Translations under genes and position numbers: made by a program
The notes under the pieces: generated by a model
What the model was told of the DNA's origin: nothing
Database searches by the model: none
Seen by the model: only the letters and a program-made list of their open reading frames with translations
In this document: positions 12,601-24,600 of the stretch, piece after piece
How the letters are laid out: the number at the start of each line of letters is the position of its first letter
Numbering within the stretch: the first letter of the stretch is position 1
NCBI GenBank assembly: GCA_034521815.1
Contig: JAXHLW010000013.1
Location: forward strand, 1,728,001 to 1,792,000
Direction: 5' to 3'
From: Trueperaceae bacterium
Lineage (GTDB): Bacteria > Deinococcota > Deinococci > Deinococcales > Trueperaceae
Length of the DNA stretch: 64,000 nt

Positions 12601-15600
12601 CCGCCCCGGCGTCGGGGTCGGCGACGAGGATGCCGGCGATGACGTACTCGACGTTCTTCGGTCGCGGGACCCAGCGGATCGGGCAGGGTGACGCTGGGCG
12701 CGTCGTTGACGGGCGTGACGGTGATGTCGACCGACACGGTGTCGGTGAGCGACGTCTCTCCGTCGACGGGCTGGCCGGCCTCGCCGAGGTCGTCGATCGT
12801 GGCCGTCAGCGCGATGGTCGGGTCGGGGCTGATCGCTGTCGGCGGTGTAGCTCAACGTCGCACCGCTCGTTGCCGGCGAGGAGGGCGGAGATCTCGGCGA
12901 TCGTGCCGTCGACCTGGACGCTCTCTCGCTGCCGTCGCACCGTGATCGGTCGCGCCGGTCGTCCCGGCGTCGGCGGCGAGGGTGCCGCTGTGGTCGCCCG
13001 CCGGGATCGTGACGGTGAGGCGCACGTCGGCGCTCTCGGAGTCGGGATCGCCGACCGTGATGCCGGTGCCGTGCAGGTCCGTGGCGATCTGCTCGGTCGC
13101 GGCGTAGCCCGCTTCCGCGATCGTGACGGTGGGCGGGTCGTTGACGGCGGTGACGTTCACGCGTGACGACGTCGTCGCCGGTCAGGCTGCCGCCGCTGCC
13201 CTGCGCCGCGTCCACGTTGTCGTCGTCGAAGCGGTAGCGCAGATCGACCGAGGCGGGCGGCGTGTCGGAGGCGTTGGCGTACGTGACGGCGCTGGCCACC
13301 GCGTTCGCCTGTGCCGGCGTGGTGGTCGCGAGGAAGGTGATCGTGATCTCGCCGCCGTCGAGGACGTACGTGGCGACGTTCGTTGCGCCCACCTGCACGT
13401 CGGCTGCCTGTCCAGCGTGACGCCCGCGCCGAAGCCGAGGACGTCGGCGGCGTTCGCGGCGAAGCCGCTCGCGCCGTCGCTGCGGGCCACCGTGAGGGTG
13501 GCGCCTTCGAAGGTGTCCTCGTCGGTGACGGTGAGCTCGACGTCGTAGAGGGTGACGCTCGGGTCGACCGCCACGGGGGTGCCGAGCACGCCCGGCCGAG
13601 ACCCTCGACGAAGGTGTTCGCCGAGGTGGCGTCGAGGTCGCGGACCTCGGGCCGCGTCGTTGACCGGGTCGACGGTCGTCGCCCAGCGTGACGGGGGTGG
13701 ACCAGGTGCTGGCGTCGCCCAGGGCGAGCGCCGCGGTCAGGTCGCTGGACGCCGCGATGGCCTGCTCGGTGTCGGCCACGCGCACGGTGAGCGCGCCGGC
13801 GGCGCCGCTGGCGTTGGCGACGCTGGGCAGGAAGCGAAGGCTCGCGGTCGTCGGCGAGCACGAGGGCGGTCGCGTCCGCGGGCGCCGGGTCGTTCGCGAT
13901 CGCGACCCAACCGCTGCCGGCGTCGTACTGCCAGATCCCCTTGCGTGTCCGGGTCGGCCGCGTTGCCGACGACCGCGATCCCGCCCAAGGCGGTGGAGGC
14001 GTCGGCGCCGCCGATGATGGCGGTCCGGTGGTCGCGGGCGTCGCCGTAGTCCAAGTACGCGGCCCCGCCCAGGTCGGCGACCGTCGTGCCGGCCGGATCC
14101 GTCTGGTCCTCGTCGATCGAGCGGAGCACGGCGTTCGTCGCCGTCGGACGGTCGTTGACGTTCGTAACCGTCACCGAGAGGGTGCGATCGGTCGCCGTCC
14201 AGGAACCGGTCCGGCAGGTCGGCGTCGCCGTTCTCGTTCAGGTTTTCGAGGTCGGTCGCGTCAGCGCTCGAGGCGAGCACCGCGTTGCCGTCGGCCAGTC
14301 GCACCTGCAGCGTGCCCGGCGTGCCGTGGAAGTCGGCGGCGGGCACGAAGCGCAGCAGCGCGCTCGACGGCACGACCAGCGCGCTCGTGACGGCGAGGCC
14401 GGACGTGGGCACGTCGATCCAGCTGGTGCCGGCGTCGCTGGACAGCAGCCAGGTGCCTTGCGCGGCGGTGTAGTCGGTCGAGCCGACCACCGCGAGGTAC
14501 GATGAAGGCGGTCGACGTGTCGCCGCCGAGCACGGTCGCCGTGGCGTCGTCGGTCGGCGTCGGAGTACCCGACGGCCAGGCCCGAGAGCGCCACGCCGTC
14601 GGGCGTCGTGTCCTCCGTGACGTCCGCGAGGGCGACGTCGTCGCCGGCGGTCGGGCGATCGTTGACGGGCGTGACGTTGACGGCCACGGCGTCGCTGGTC
14701 GGTCGAGAACGGCGTGGTGCCTCCGGTGTCCGCGGCCGTCGCGTCGGCAGTGCCGCCGTTCGGTGCCGGCGCTGGCGTCCCAGGCCCGCAAGGTGAGCCC
14801 CTCGGTGAGGCTGCCGTGCCAGTCGGGATCGGGCTGGAAGAAGAGGCGCGTCGAGGCGTCCTCGAGAGCAGGCGCGCGCCGGTGTCGCTGGCCGTGAACG
14901 ACGTCCAGGTGGCGCCGGCATCGGTGCTGAACCACCAGGTGCCCACGCTCGATTCGGTCGCGATCACGGCGACGCCGGTCGGGTCGGTCGGTGTCGACGT
15001 CGGCGATGCCGCCGGCCAGGGCGGACACGAGGGTGCCGACGTCGCCCGCCGGGGCCGCGTCGTCCTCGGTCTGGGCGAGGGCCAGCGCGGTGTCGCGAGC
15101 GTCGGCGCGTCGTTGACGCCGGTGATCGTGATCGTCACGTCCTGGGAGACGGCGCTGACCTCGTTGCCGTCGCTGGCCGTGCCGAACCCGGCGTCGTCGG
15201 TGACGGTGATGCGGTAGACGACGGTGACGGTCTCGCCGGCGGTCAGGTACTGAACGAGCGCGTTGTCGAGGGTGAAGTCCCAGGCCACGGTGGCGGCGTT
15301 GGCGGCGGGGGTCGTACCGTCGCCTGGCCCGTTGAGCACGAACGACGTGGCGAGGCTCTGCAACGCCGAGTGGAGATCCGTGGAGACCGATTGCGGCGCC
15401 GTCACCTCGGCCGACGACGAAGGCCGCGCCCGCGGTCGCCGTGTCGCTCTCGTTCGAGGTCGTCGACGTCGATCGAGCCCGCTCGCGGTCAGGTTCCCGC
15501 CCGTGAGCCCGGCGTCCTCGATGAGATCGGCGCTGACGGACGCGTTCGTGAGCTCGGGCGTGTCGTTGCGCCCCTCGATGGTGATCGTCACCACGCGGTC

Positions 15601-18600
15601 CGTGCTCACGGAGCCGTGCGCACCGGTGTCGGTCGCGCGCAGGGTGTACTCGAGGATCAGCGACTCGCCGGCGGCGAGGTCGTCGAAGGTCGCCGCGTCG
15701 GAATCGAACGACCAGGTGAAGTCGCCGCTGGCCTGCGCGTCGGCCAGGCGACGTCACGCCCGTGACCGACAGCAGGGCGGTGCGAGCACCGCCGGTGTCG
15801 TTCAGCAGCGCGGCGTCCAGGCCGGCCGTCGTGCTCTCCGCAGCCGATCTCGGAGCTCTGGACCATCCACCACGACGGCGTTGGTGACGTCGACGTCACC
15901 GAGGACCAGGGAGCCGCTGGCCGAGAGGCCCGACGGCGTCGGTCTCGACGATCGTGGCGGCGTCCTCCGTGCCGGTGATGGTGGGCGCGTCGGTTGGTGC
16001 CGTCGGTCGTGACGGTGAGCGTCGTCGTCGCCGTCGCAGGCGCGCCGGAACGACTGTCGGTGACGGTGTAGGTGAACACGTCATCGAGACTCTCGCCGTC
16101 GGCCAAGGCCTGCACGTCGCCATTGGACGCGGTCGACCGTGTAGGCGAAGCCACCGCCGGCAGCGAGCTGCAGGGCGCCGTACGTTCCGGTGACGCTCGT
16201 TGCGACCCCGGTCGTCGAGGGTCCGCTCTGGCTCCCGGCCGCCACGCCCTGCACCGCTCAGGACGTCCGCGAACTCGCCAGTCGCGGCGTCTGGATCCGT
16301 GTCGGCGCCGCTCGCGTCCGGCGAGCCGGCGATCACGTCGCCCGCCACGCTCGTCGCGTCCGTTGGCATGGTCGCGCCGACCGGTTCGTTCACGTTCGCC
16401 GTGTCGGCCTGCACGAGACCGGCAGACGGTTGATGATCACGACGATCGCGTCGGTGACGCTCAGCGCGCCACCGCCGCCTTGGTCCTGGCCGGTGCCGGC
16501 CGTGCCGCCGCCCGTGGCGTCGGAGTTGGCGTCATCGAACGTCACGTCGAGCGTCACGCGGTCGTACGCGAGCGCTCCCGGCGTGCGTCGCCCCGTTGGC
16601 GTACGTGATGGCCCGCAACGTCGCGTCGACGGCCGCCGACGTGGCGCTCCCGTCGAACGTGATCGCGAGCGTGCCGCCGGCGTTCGACACCGTGCCGATG
16701 GTGTCGCCCCGAGCACGACGTTGCCGCCCTCGAACGCCAAGCTGCCGCCGGCGCCGAACAGGTCGTCGCCGCTGGCGATCCCCTGCCGCTGGACCTCGAG
16801 CGTGGCGCCGTTCCAGTTCCCCGCGGGCGTGTCCGTCCCCTCGGGCAGGGCCTCGAGGTCCAGGTCGCCCACGTCGGCGTTCGCGTCGATGACGACGGGC
16901 GTACCGTCCTCGAACGTAGCTGTTCGCAGCGGTTTCGTCGAGGCCCGTGAGCGTCGGAGCGTCGTTGACGCCGACGACCGCGAAGGTCCCGGCGATCGGC
17001 GTCGCGTCGGTCGACGCGCTGCCCGTCCCGGTTCCGGTGTTCCCGCCGTCGTCCAGCGTGACGGTGACGGTGCGATCCGGGTACGCGCCGGCGAAGGTCG
17101 GGTTCTCGCTGGTGCTGGCGTACGTGAGCTGCCCGAGGAGGGCGGCCACGGCGGCTCCGGTCGCGTCGTTCGTGGTGAACGTCATGACGAGGTCCGCCCC
17201 GTCGCCCCCCGTGACCGTGCCGATCACGTCAGGACCGGCACCGTCGTCGTACGAGATGGTCGAGTCCGCGACGGTGATCCCACCCGCACCGCTGGCGACG
17301 CTCAGCACGTCCCCCGTTCGGTACGCGTCCAAGGCCACCGTCAGCGACCCACCGGCGAAGTGATCCGCGTCCAGGTCGGCGACGCTGGTACCGGTCAGGA
17401 ACGTCAGGGGCGCGGCGCCCTCGGTGAAGGTGCCCTCGACCGTGGCCTCCGCATCGACCGGATCGTTGACGGGCACGACGGTGACCGTCGCAGCGATTCC
17501 GATGTCCGAGGTGGTGTCCTGACTGGTGCCGCTGGTCCCGCCGTCGTCCTTCGCCGACGCGATCGTGATCGTTCGGGCGCCGGCCGTCGGGTCGTCCAGC
17601 GTGTTGCGGTACGCGAGCGTGTCGATCAGCGTGCCGGCCGTCGTATCGGCGATCCCCACCGTCGTATAGGTCACGGTCACGGTCGTGGCGGTCCCGGACA
17701 CGGTGATGCTTCCGTCGGTCCCGGTTCCCGTCGCCATCATCGACCAGGTCGACCTCCACCCCGTCGATCGTCGACGTTCTCGGCTGCGCCGTCGGCCAGT
17801 CCGTCGACGGTGAAGGCCAGCGTGAGGATCTGGTCGCCGGTGTCGATGCTGTCCACGTGACGCTATCGAACAGGTCTGCCGCGCTGCGTCGTTCTCGAGG
17901 TAGTCGAGGGTCAGACCCGTGGCGGACACGCTGGGCGGGTTGTTCTGGTCGGTGATCGTGATCGGAGCCCGACAAGCTGGCCGTCGAGGCGTCCGGGCCG
18001 CCGGCATCGTCACCGGCGCCGTCGACGTTGTCGCCGTCGCTCAACGTGACCGTGAACGCGCGCGGGTCCGAGGTCGGGTTGTCGGACCGGTTCTCGAACC
18101 GCACGGCCTCGAGGACGCTCGCCGCTCGCGTGACGGTGGCGCTCCTGGTGAAGTCGATCCGGAGCGCGGTGGCGACGCCGTTCGAACCGCCGTCGATGTC
18201 GGCGACGACGATCCACGAGGATCCGTCGAAATAGCGCACGGTCGGACCGTCGGCGTAGACGGCACCAGTTTCGATCGTGACCTCGGCCAGCGTGGGCAGG
18301 CCGAAGACGTCACCCGCGTCGTAGGCGGCGGTGGTCCAGCCGACCGTGACCGAGCCCGCGCCGAAGGCGTCGAGATCCGCGGTGGTGGCGACGTCCGGAT
18401 CGTCGATCGTGACGCCGGTCAGGAGCGCTTGCGGTGTCGTGCCATCGCCTTCGGTGGCCGACTCGATCAGGGTGCCGTCGAACGGCGTTCCCGTCAGCAG
18501 CGGCGCGTCGTTCCGCGCCGCCAACGTGACGTCCAGCGTCACGGGGTCGGCCGTGACGCGCGACTCCTCGTCGTCGGCGGTGGTGTCGAAGGCGGCGGGC

Positions 18601-21600
18601 GTGGCGAAGGTCGTGGTCGTGATCGGGCCGGCGTCCACGTCCGGGGTGCCGCTGTTGGCGCAGCAGCCGGACGGGGACGGCGTCCTCGACGCCGTGAAGC
18701 GTCAGTCGCGGGCGCGCGCCGACGGCCACGCCGTCGGTGTTCGCGTCGGCGTTCGGCACGAAGCGCACCGCGACGTCCGCGGCGAGCACCAGGGCGCTGC
18801 GTCGGGGTGGTGGTGAAGGCGCTCAGGTCGCGCCAGTCGCCGTCCAGGAACACCTGCCAGGCGCCCAGACCTGCGTCGTCGTGGCCGGCGACGGCCACCG
18901 AGGCGAGCGCGCTGCTCACGCCGTCCGGATCGTCGAGGAAGGCGTCGAGCAGGACACCGAAGGTGGTCCCCTCGTCGGAGGCGACGAAGGCGTCGTCCTC
19001 GACGCCCGCGAGCGTCGCGCCCTGCGTGAGGGTGGGCGCGTCGTTGGTGGGAGTCGAGGCCGATGCGCACGGTGGCGCTGCCGGAGAGCTCGCCGCCCGT
19101 CCCCTGGGCCCCGTCGACGTTGCCGTCGAGGAAGGTCAGGCCGACGTCGATGTTGCCGCTGACCAGCGCCGGGGTCGGTGTTCGAGTAGACCACCGCTCG
19201 CAGCACGGCGTTCGCGGCCGCCGGGGTGGCCTGGGCGTTGAAGGTCACCGTGAAGGTGCCCGTGTTCAGCGAGCTGCTGGTGAGGGTGGCGACGGTGACG
19301 CCGTCCACGCGCACGGCCGAGCCGTCGTCGTAGACGCGCACGTTGTTGCCCAGATCGGTGGAGGCACCGAGGAGCGAGAGGCCGCTCCCGGTCTCCAGCA
19401 CGAACAGGTCGAGAGGGGCGGGGTCGGGGCTGGCGGGCGACGGTCAGCCGAGCACCGGTCGAAGGTCGCCTCGCCACGCTCGGTGAGCTCGACGTCGACG
19501 ACGCTGGCGAGATCGGGGTTGTCGGCCCCGACGGTGTCGAGGCGGATGGGCACACCGGCGACGTTGACCCCGACGGCCTCCACGAAGTCGATGGAGTAGT
19601 CCTCGCTGCCCAGGTCCACGATCGCCGGGGCGTCGTTCACCTGCGCGACGACCGCGCCGACGGTGGTACCGACGCTGCCGACGTCGCTGGTGGCGTCGAC
19701 GGTGGTGGCGTCGACGAGTTCGCGGCTCGCGCCGTCGCGTGAAGGACGCGCGCGCCGCTGTCGTCCACGGGCAGCACGGTGAGTGGGCCCGGCGCGCCGC
19801 CGGGGCCGCCGATGGTGCGGGCCGCGCCGTTGAAGTCGGGGGCGGGGACGAAGCGCAGGCGCGCGTCCGTCGGCGAGCGCGAGGCTCGGCGTCCGGCGCG
19901 CACCGCGCCGACGTCGCGACCAGGTGGCGCCGGCGTCGGTGCTGTACCGCCAGACGCCCTCGGTCGGCGGCGTCGGCCGCATTCGGCGGCCACCACGACG
20001 CCCGCGAACCCGCTCCCGGCGAGAGGGGCGTCGGCGTCGGCGAACACGCTGCCCAGCAGCGTGGCCACGGTGGCGCCGACGTTCGGCCCCGTCGGCGACG
20101 TCCTCGTCCAGGGCGAGCGTCACGGGAGCCGTGAAGCTGGGCGCATCGTTGACGTTCGCGACGCTCACCTCGAAGCCGATGGGGTCGCTCGCGAGCGCGC
20201 CGCCACTGCCCTGCGCGCCGGCGTTGCCGTCGACGAACGTCACCTGCACGTCGATGGGGCTGGTCTGCGCGTCGGCCACGTTCGCGTAGGCGACGCGCCG
20301 CAGCACGTTGCGCACGTCGTCCACGCTGGCGCCGGCGGTGAAGGCGACGACCAGCGTGCCGGTGGCCGATCCGTCGGTCACCTGCGCGACGGTGGTGCCG
20401 TCGCGCTGCAGGTCGCTGCCGCTCGCGTCGAGCGGGTCGAGGCCGGCGATCGCGCCCGTGAGCACCGAGAAGCGGTCGCTGGCGACCGCCCCGCCGACGC
20501 GGCGGGCGACCACGGTGGCTCCTTCGAAGGTGTCGATCCCCTGCACCGTCAGTTCGGCGTCGTCGACGTCGAGATCGTTCGCAGACGTTCAGTCGCGCGG
20601 GGGTACCGAGGGCGCCCGCCGCGTTCCCCTCGGTGTAGGTGACGGCGTCCCCGGTGCCCGAGAGCTCGGGGGCGTCGTTGACCGACCGCACCGTGACGTC
20701 GGCGACGGCGGTCGCGGAACGGCTCGAGTCCTCGAGCGTCGCCGCGAGCAGGTCGATGGCGCGGAACTCGAAGCGCGAACGCCAGTCGTCGCCGTCGAAG
20801 CCCGTCAGCTCGCTGTGGAAGTCGGTGGGCGGCGTGTACGATCATGTCGGTCGCTTGCGCGGCGGTGATCACGTGCGTGCCGTTCGGCAGCGTTCGGAGA
20901 AGCCCGCGGGTCACGACCGACGTGGTCGCATTCAGGAGTTCGCCGTCGCTGGTCGCAGCTCGCCCAGCAGGCCGGTCCGGGTCGCGTCCGTCGCCGGCAC
21001 GTTCACCTGGTAGTGCGTCAGCGACCGCGTCGTCGGTCTTGGCCCCACCGTCCACGTCGCCCGCGGTCAGCGAGAAGGCGAGCGTGCCGGTCCTCGTCCA
21101 TCGTCCGCTCGAGATCGGTGACGGTGGGGACGTCGTTCACCTCCTCGACGGCCACGTCCACGGATCGGCTCGCCTCGAGGAGCGCACCGAAGGAACCGAC
21201 GTTCCCCTGGTCCTCCAGGCGCGCGTCGAGGCGGGCGGCACCCTGCAGGTCGTTGAAGTCCGGGGCGGGCGTGAAGGTCACGCCCGCCGCCAGTGCGGCT
21301 CCGACGTCGTCGAGCGTGCCGACGAGCACCAGCTCGTCGCTGCCCCTCCGGTCACCGGAGACGGCGCTGCCGTCGAAGAGCGTCAACGTCCCGTGCTGCG
21401 CGGACAGGGTGACGCGGAACGCCACGGCGGGATCGCTGGTCGCGCCGCCGGCGACGTCGAGGTCGGAGATCGCGAAGCCGGTGGTCGTGACCGGCTGGTC
21501 CTCGTCGGTCGTCAGCGACGCCGGGGCGTCGATCGTCGGGCGCGTCGTTCACGGGTCGCACGTTCACGTCGAAGCTCGTGCTGGCGACCTCGTCGTCGGT

Positions 21601-24600
21601 CGTGCCCGTGCCGGTCAGCACGAGACCGGCGTCCACGACGGCCGCGTCCTCCGGGTCGAGGCCGTGATAGCCGTCGTCGCTCACCGTGACGGTCACGGTG
21701 TCGATGCCGTTGGCGTTCGGCGCGCCGAGGTAGACGAGCGTCGCCCCGGTCGCGTTGGCGTCGGCGTACGTGCCGGTGATCGTGAGCGCGCCGGTGCCGT
21801 CGCCCGCGAGGGCCGCATCGCCGACGGCGGTCGCCGTAAAGCGTTCCGAGGCCGGCGCTGGTCACCTCGACGACGAACGGTCCGGCATCCGGCAGCAGCG
21901 TGCCGGAGGTGTCGTACGCGTCGGGATCGTCGAAGGCGATCCCGACGAGCGCGAGCTCCACGTCCTCCGCACCGACGCGGTCGCCGGCGGTGGTGAGCGT
22001 GGGCGCGTCGTTGACGGGCGTGATCTGCACGCGGAACCGGATCTGCGGCTCGTCGCCGCCGCCACCGTCCGACAGGCGCAGGGTGGCGGCGTCGCTGGTG
22101 CCCTGGCCACCGTCGTGGCGGTACGCGAGACGACCGTCGATCAGGTCCGCCTGGCTGAACGCGCTGTTCACGCCGAGGGGCGCGCCGTCGAACAGGAACC
22201 GCCCGTGGTCGAAGTCGTCCACGAGGCGGAACTGCACCTGCACAGCGGTGTTGTCGGGGTCGAACGCTCCGAGGTGCTCGGTGGTCGACAGGGTGCGCGT
22301 GGCGCCCTCGAGCACGACGAGCAGCTCGTTGACGATCACGAGCTCACCGTCCTCGCCGAGCTCGAGGTCGGGGTCGACGACCGGGTCGATGTTCTGGGGG
22401 GCGATGTCGATCGTGACCACGGCGCTCGCTCTGGCGTTGACGGCACCGGTGCCGTCGTCGACGACCAACGTGAACGCGTCGGCGTAGTTCACCGACCCGT
22501 CGTGCTGGTACCGGAGCCGGCCCTCGAGCACGTCGGCGGCCGGCACGGAGGAGGTGGCATCCACCACCTCGTAGGTCGCGGGATCGTCGGGGTCGTACGA
22601 GGCGGCCGTCTGCCGGCGCACCTCCCCGTACGACGGGGCGTCGCCCACCGAGAACGCGAGGTCGTTGGGCGTGGCCAACGGCTCGGCCGGCTTGTCCGTG
22701 TCCTCGCCGTCGTCGTCCAAGTAGCGCAGGACGGCGTCGTCGATGGCCACGGATCCGCCCTGCAGCGCGAGCGGAACCTCGTCCCGAACCTCGAGCACGG
22801 GCCGGTCGTTGAGCGGTGTCGCGTCGATGGCGAAGGTCGCCGGCTCGACGATCTCGGAGCCGTCGGTGTAGCTGACGTCGAAGGCGTCGAGGAAGCGCTC
22901 GCCGCCATCGTGGTGGTACGCGAGGCGGCCGGCGTCCACGTCGGCCTGGGTGAAGCGCTCGCCGGCGTGCAGCCGCCGTCCGTCCAGGCGCAGCAGGCCG
23001 TGGACGGGTTCGTCGTCGAGGACGAAGCGCAGCTCGGCCGGCGCCTGGTCGTCGTCGACGACCTGGAGCGACGCGGAGCCGATCGGCGCACTGGCGCCTT
23101 CGTCGAGGACCAGCGTCTCGTTCGTCGCCAACGTCGGTTCGAGGTTGACGAAGAACACGGTGAACGCGGCGGTGGCCGTTGCGGTGTCGCCCTCCCCATC
23201 CTCCAGGGTGTAGCTGAACGAGGCCGTGCCGGCGAAGGTTCGAGTCGGGGTGAAGGTCACGGAGCCGCCGGTTTCGAGCACGACGGTTCCGCCGACGGGC
23301 GACGCGACGCTCTGGATCGCCAGCGGGTCCACGCCCGAATCGTTCCCCAGCAGCGCGCTCGCCGGGATCGCGATGGGCGTTCCGCCGCGCACGGCGTCGG
23401 CGAGCGGATCGTCGCGCGCGACCGCCGCGCCGGTGCCGGGATTCTCGCCACCCCCGGCCACCGGGTCGCCGGTGACCGGGTCGATCGGGTCGAGGACGAT
23501 TCCGCCCGGACCCTCGATGCCCCCGCCGGCGGCGGGGGTGAAGGTGATGTCGATCGGCACCTCGAGGGCCCGCAGCGCCCGCCGTCGTACACGCCGCCGA
23601 TCCGATCGGTGACGACGCCATCGGCGTCGACCGCGTAGGTGCGATCGCCGTCGCGCACGGTGACGACGAACGCGTCGGTCGCGTTCCGCGTCTGAGCGCT
23701 GCGGTACGCGATCCGCTCGGCGTCCACGTCGGCCTGGGTGAAGGTGGCGCCCACGCCCAGCGGGGCGCCGTTCAGGAACAGCATCCCGTGCGCCGGCCGC
23801 TGCTCGAGACGGTAGGTGACGACGTCGGAGTCGACGTCGGCGGCGCACAGCTGGTCGCCCGTGACGTCCGCGGTGCTCGCGACGGACAGGTCGAGGGCCA
23901 GCGGGTCCAACGGGTCGGCGCAGAGCACCGGGTCGTCGTTCACGGGCCGCACGGTCACGTCCACGCTGGCGGGCGTCGAGAGGACGTCGTCCCCGCTGCT
24001 CGGTGCCCGTGTCGGTGACGATCACGTCGAAGGCGACGTCCGCCGGGAGCCGCTGCTCGGGGGCGGTGTGGCGCAGGATCAGGCGGTCTAGGTCCGCGTA
24101 GCCGAGCACGAAACCGACCGCGACCGGTGCGCCGTCGAACTCGAGCACCGCCTCCGGCAGGCTCTCGCCGAGGGTCGCGGGCAGGCTGTCGATGGAGACG
24201 GTCAGGTCGCCCGCGGCCGTCCGATCGTCGTCGACGGGGAGGGTCAGGCGGGTGGTGCTCCCCTCGAACACGGTGGCACGCGCGCTACCGACGTCCGGCG
24301 CGATGTTGACCTCGGCGATGTCGATGGGGACCGCCACCGGACCGACGGTGCCGCCGGCACCGTCGCGCAGCGTGACGGTGAAAGCGTCGATCAGGTTCGT
24401 CGAGCCGTCGTGGGTGTAGTCCACCGACGCGAGGTCGGCGTAGGCGAAGGTGCGGCCCGCGAGGGCGCGGGTGCCGTTCACGGTCAGGCGCCCGTTCGTG
24501 GGCCCCGCGTCGATACGGAAGATGAGCTGCTCGTCGGCGTTGTCCACGTCGGTCGCGACGAGGACGTCGGTGGAGAAGGCGAGGTCGCCGCCTTGCGGCG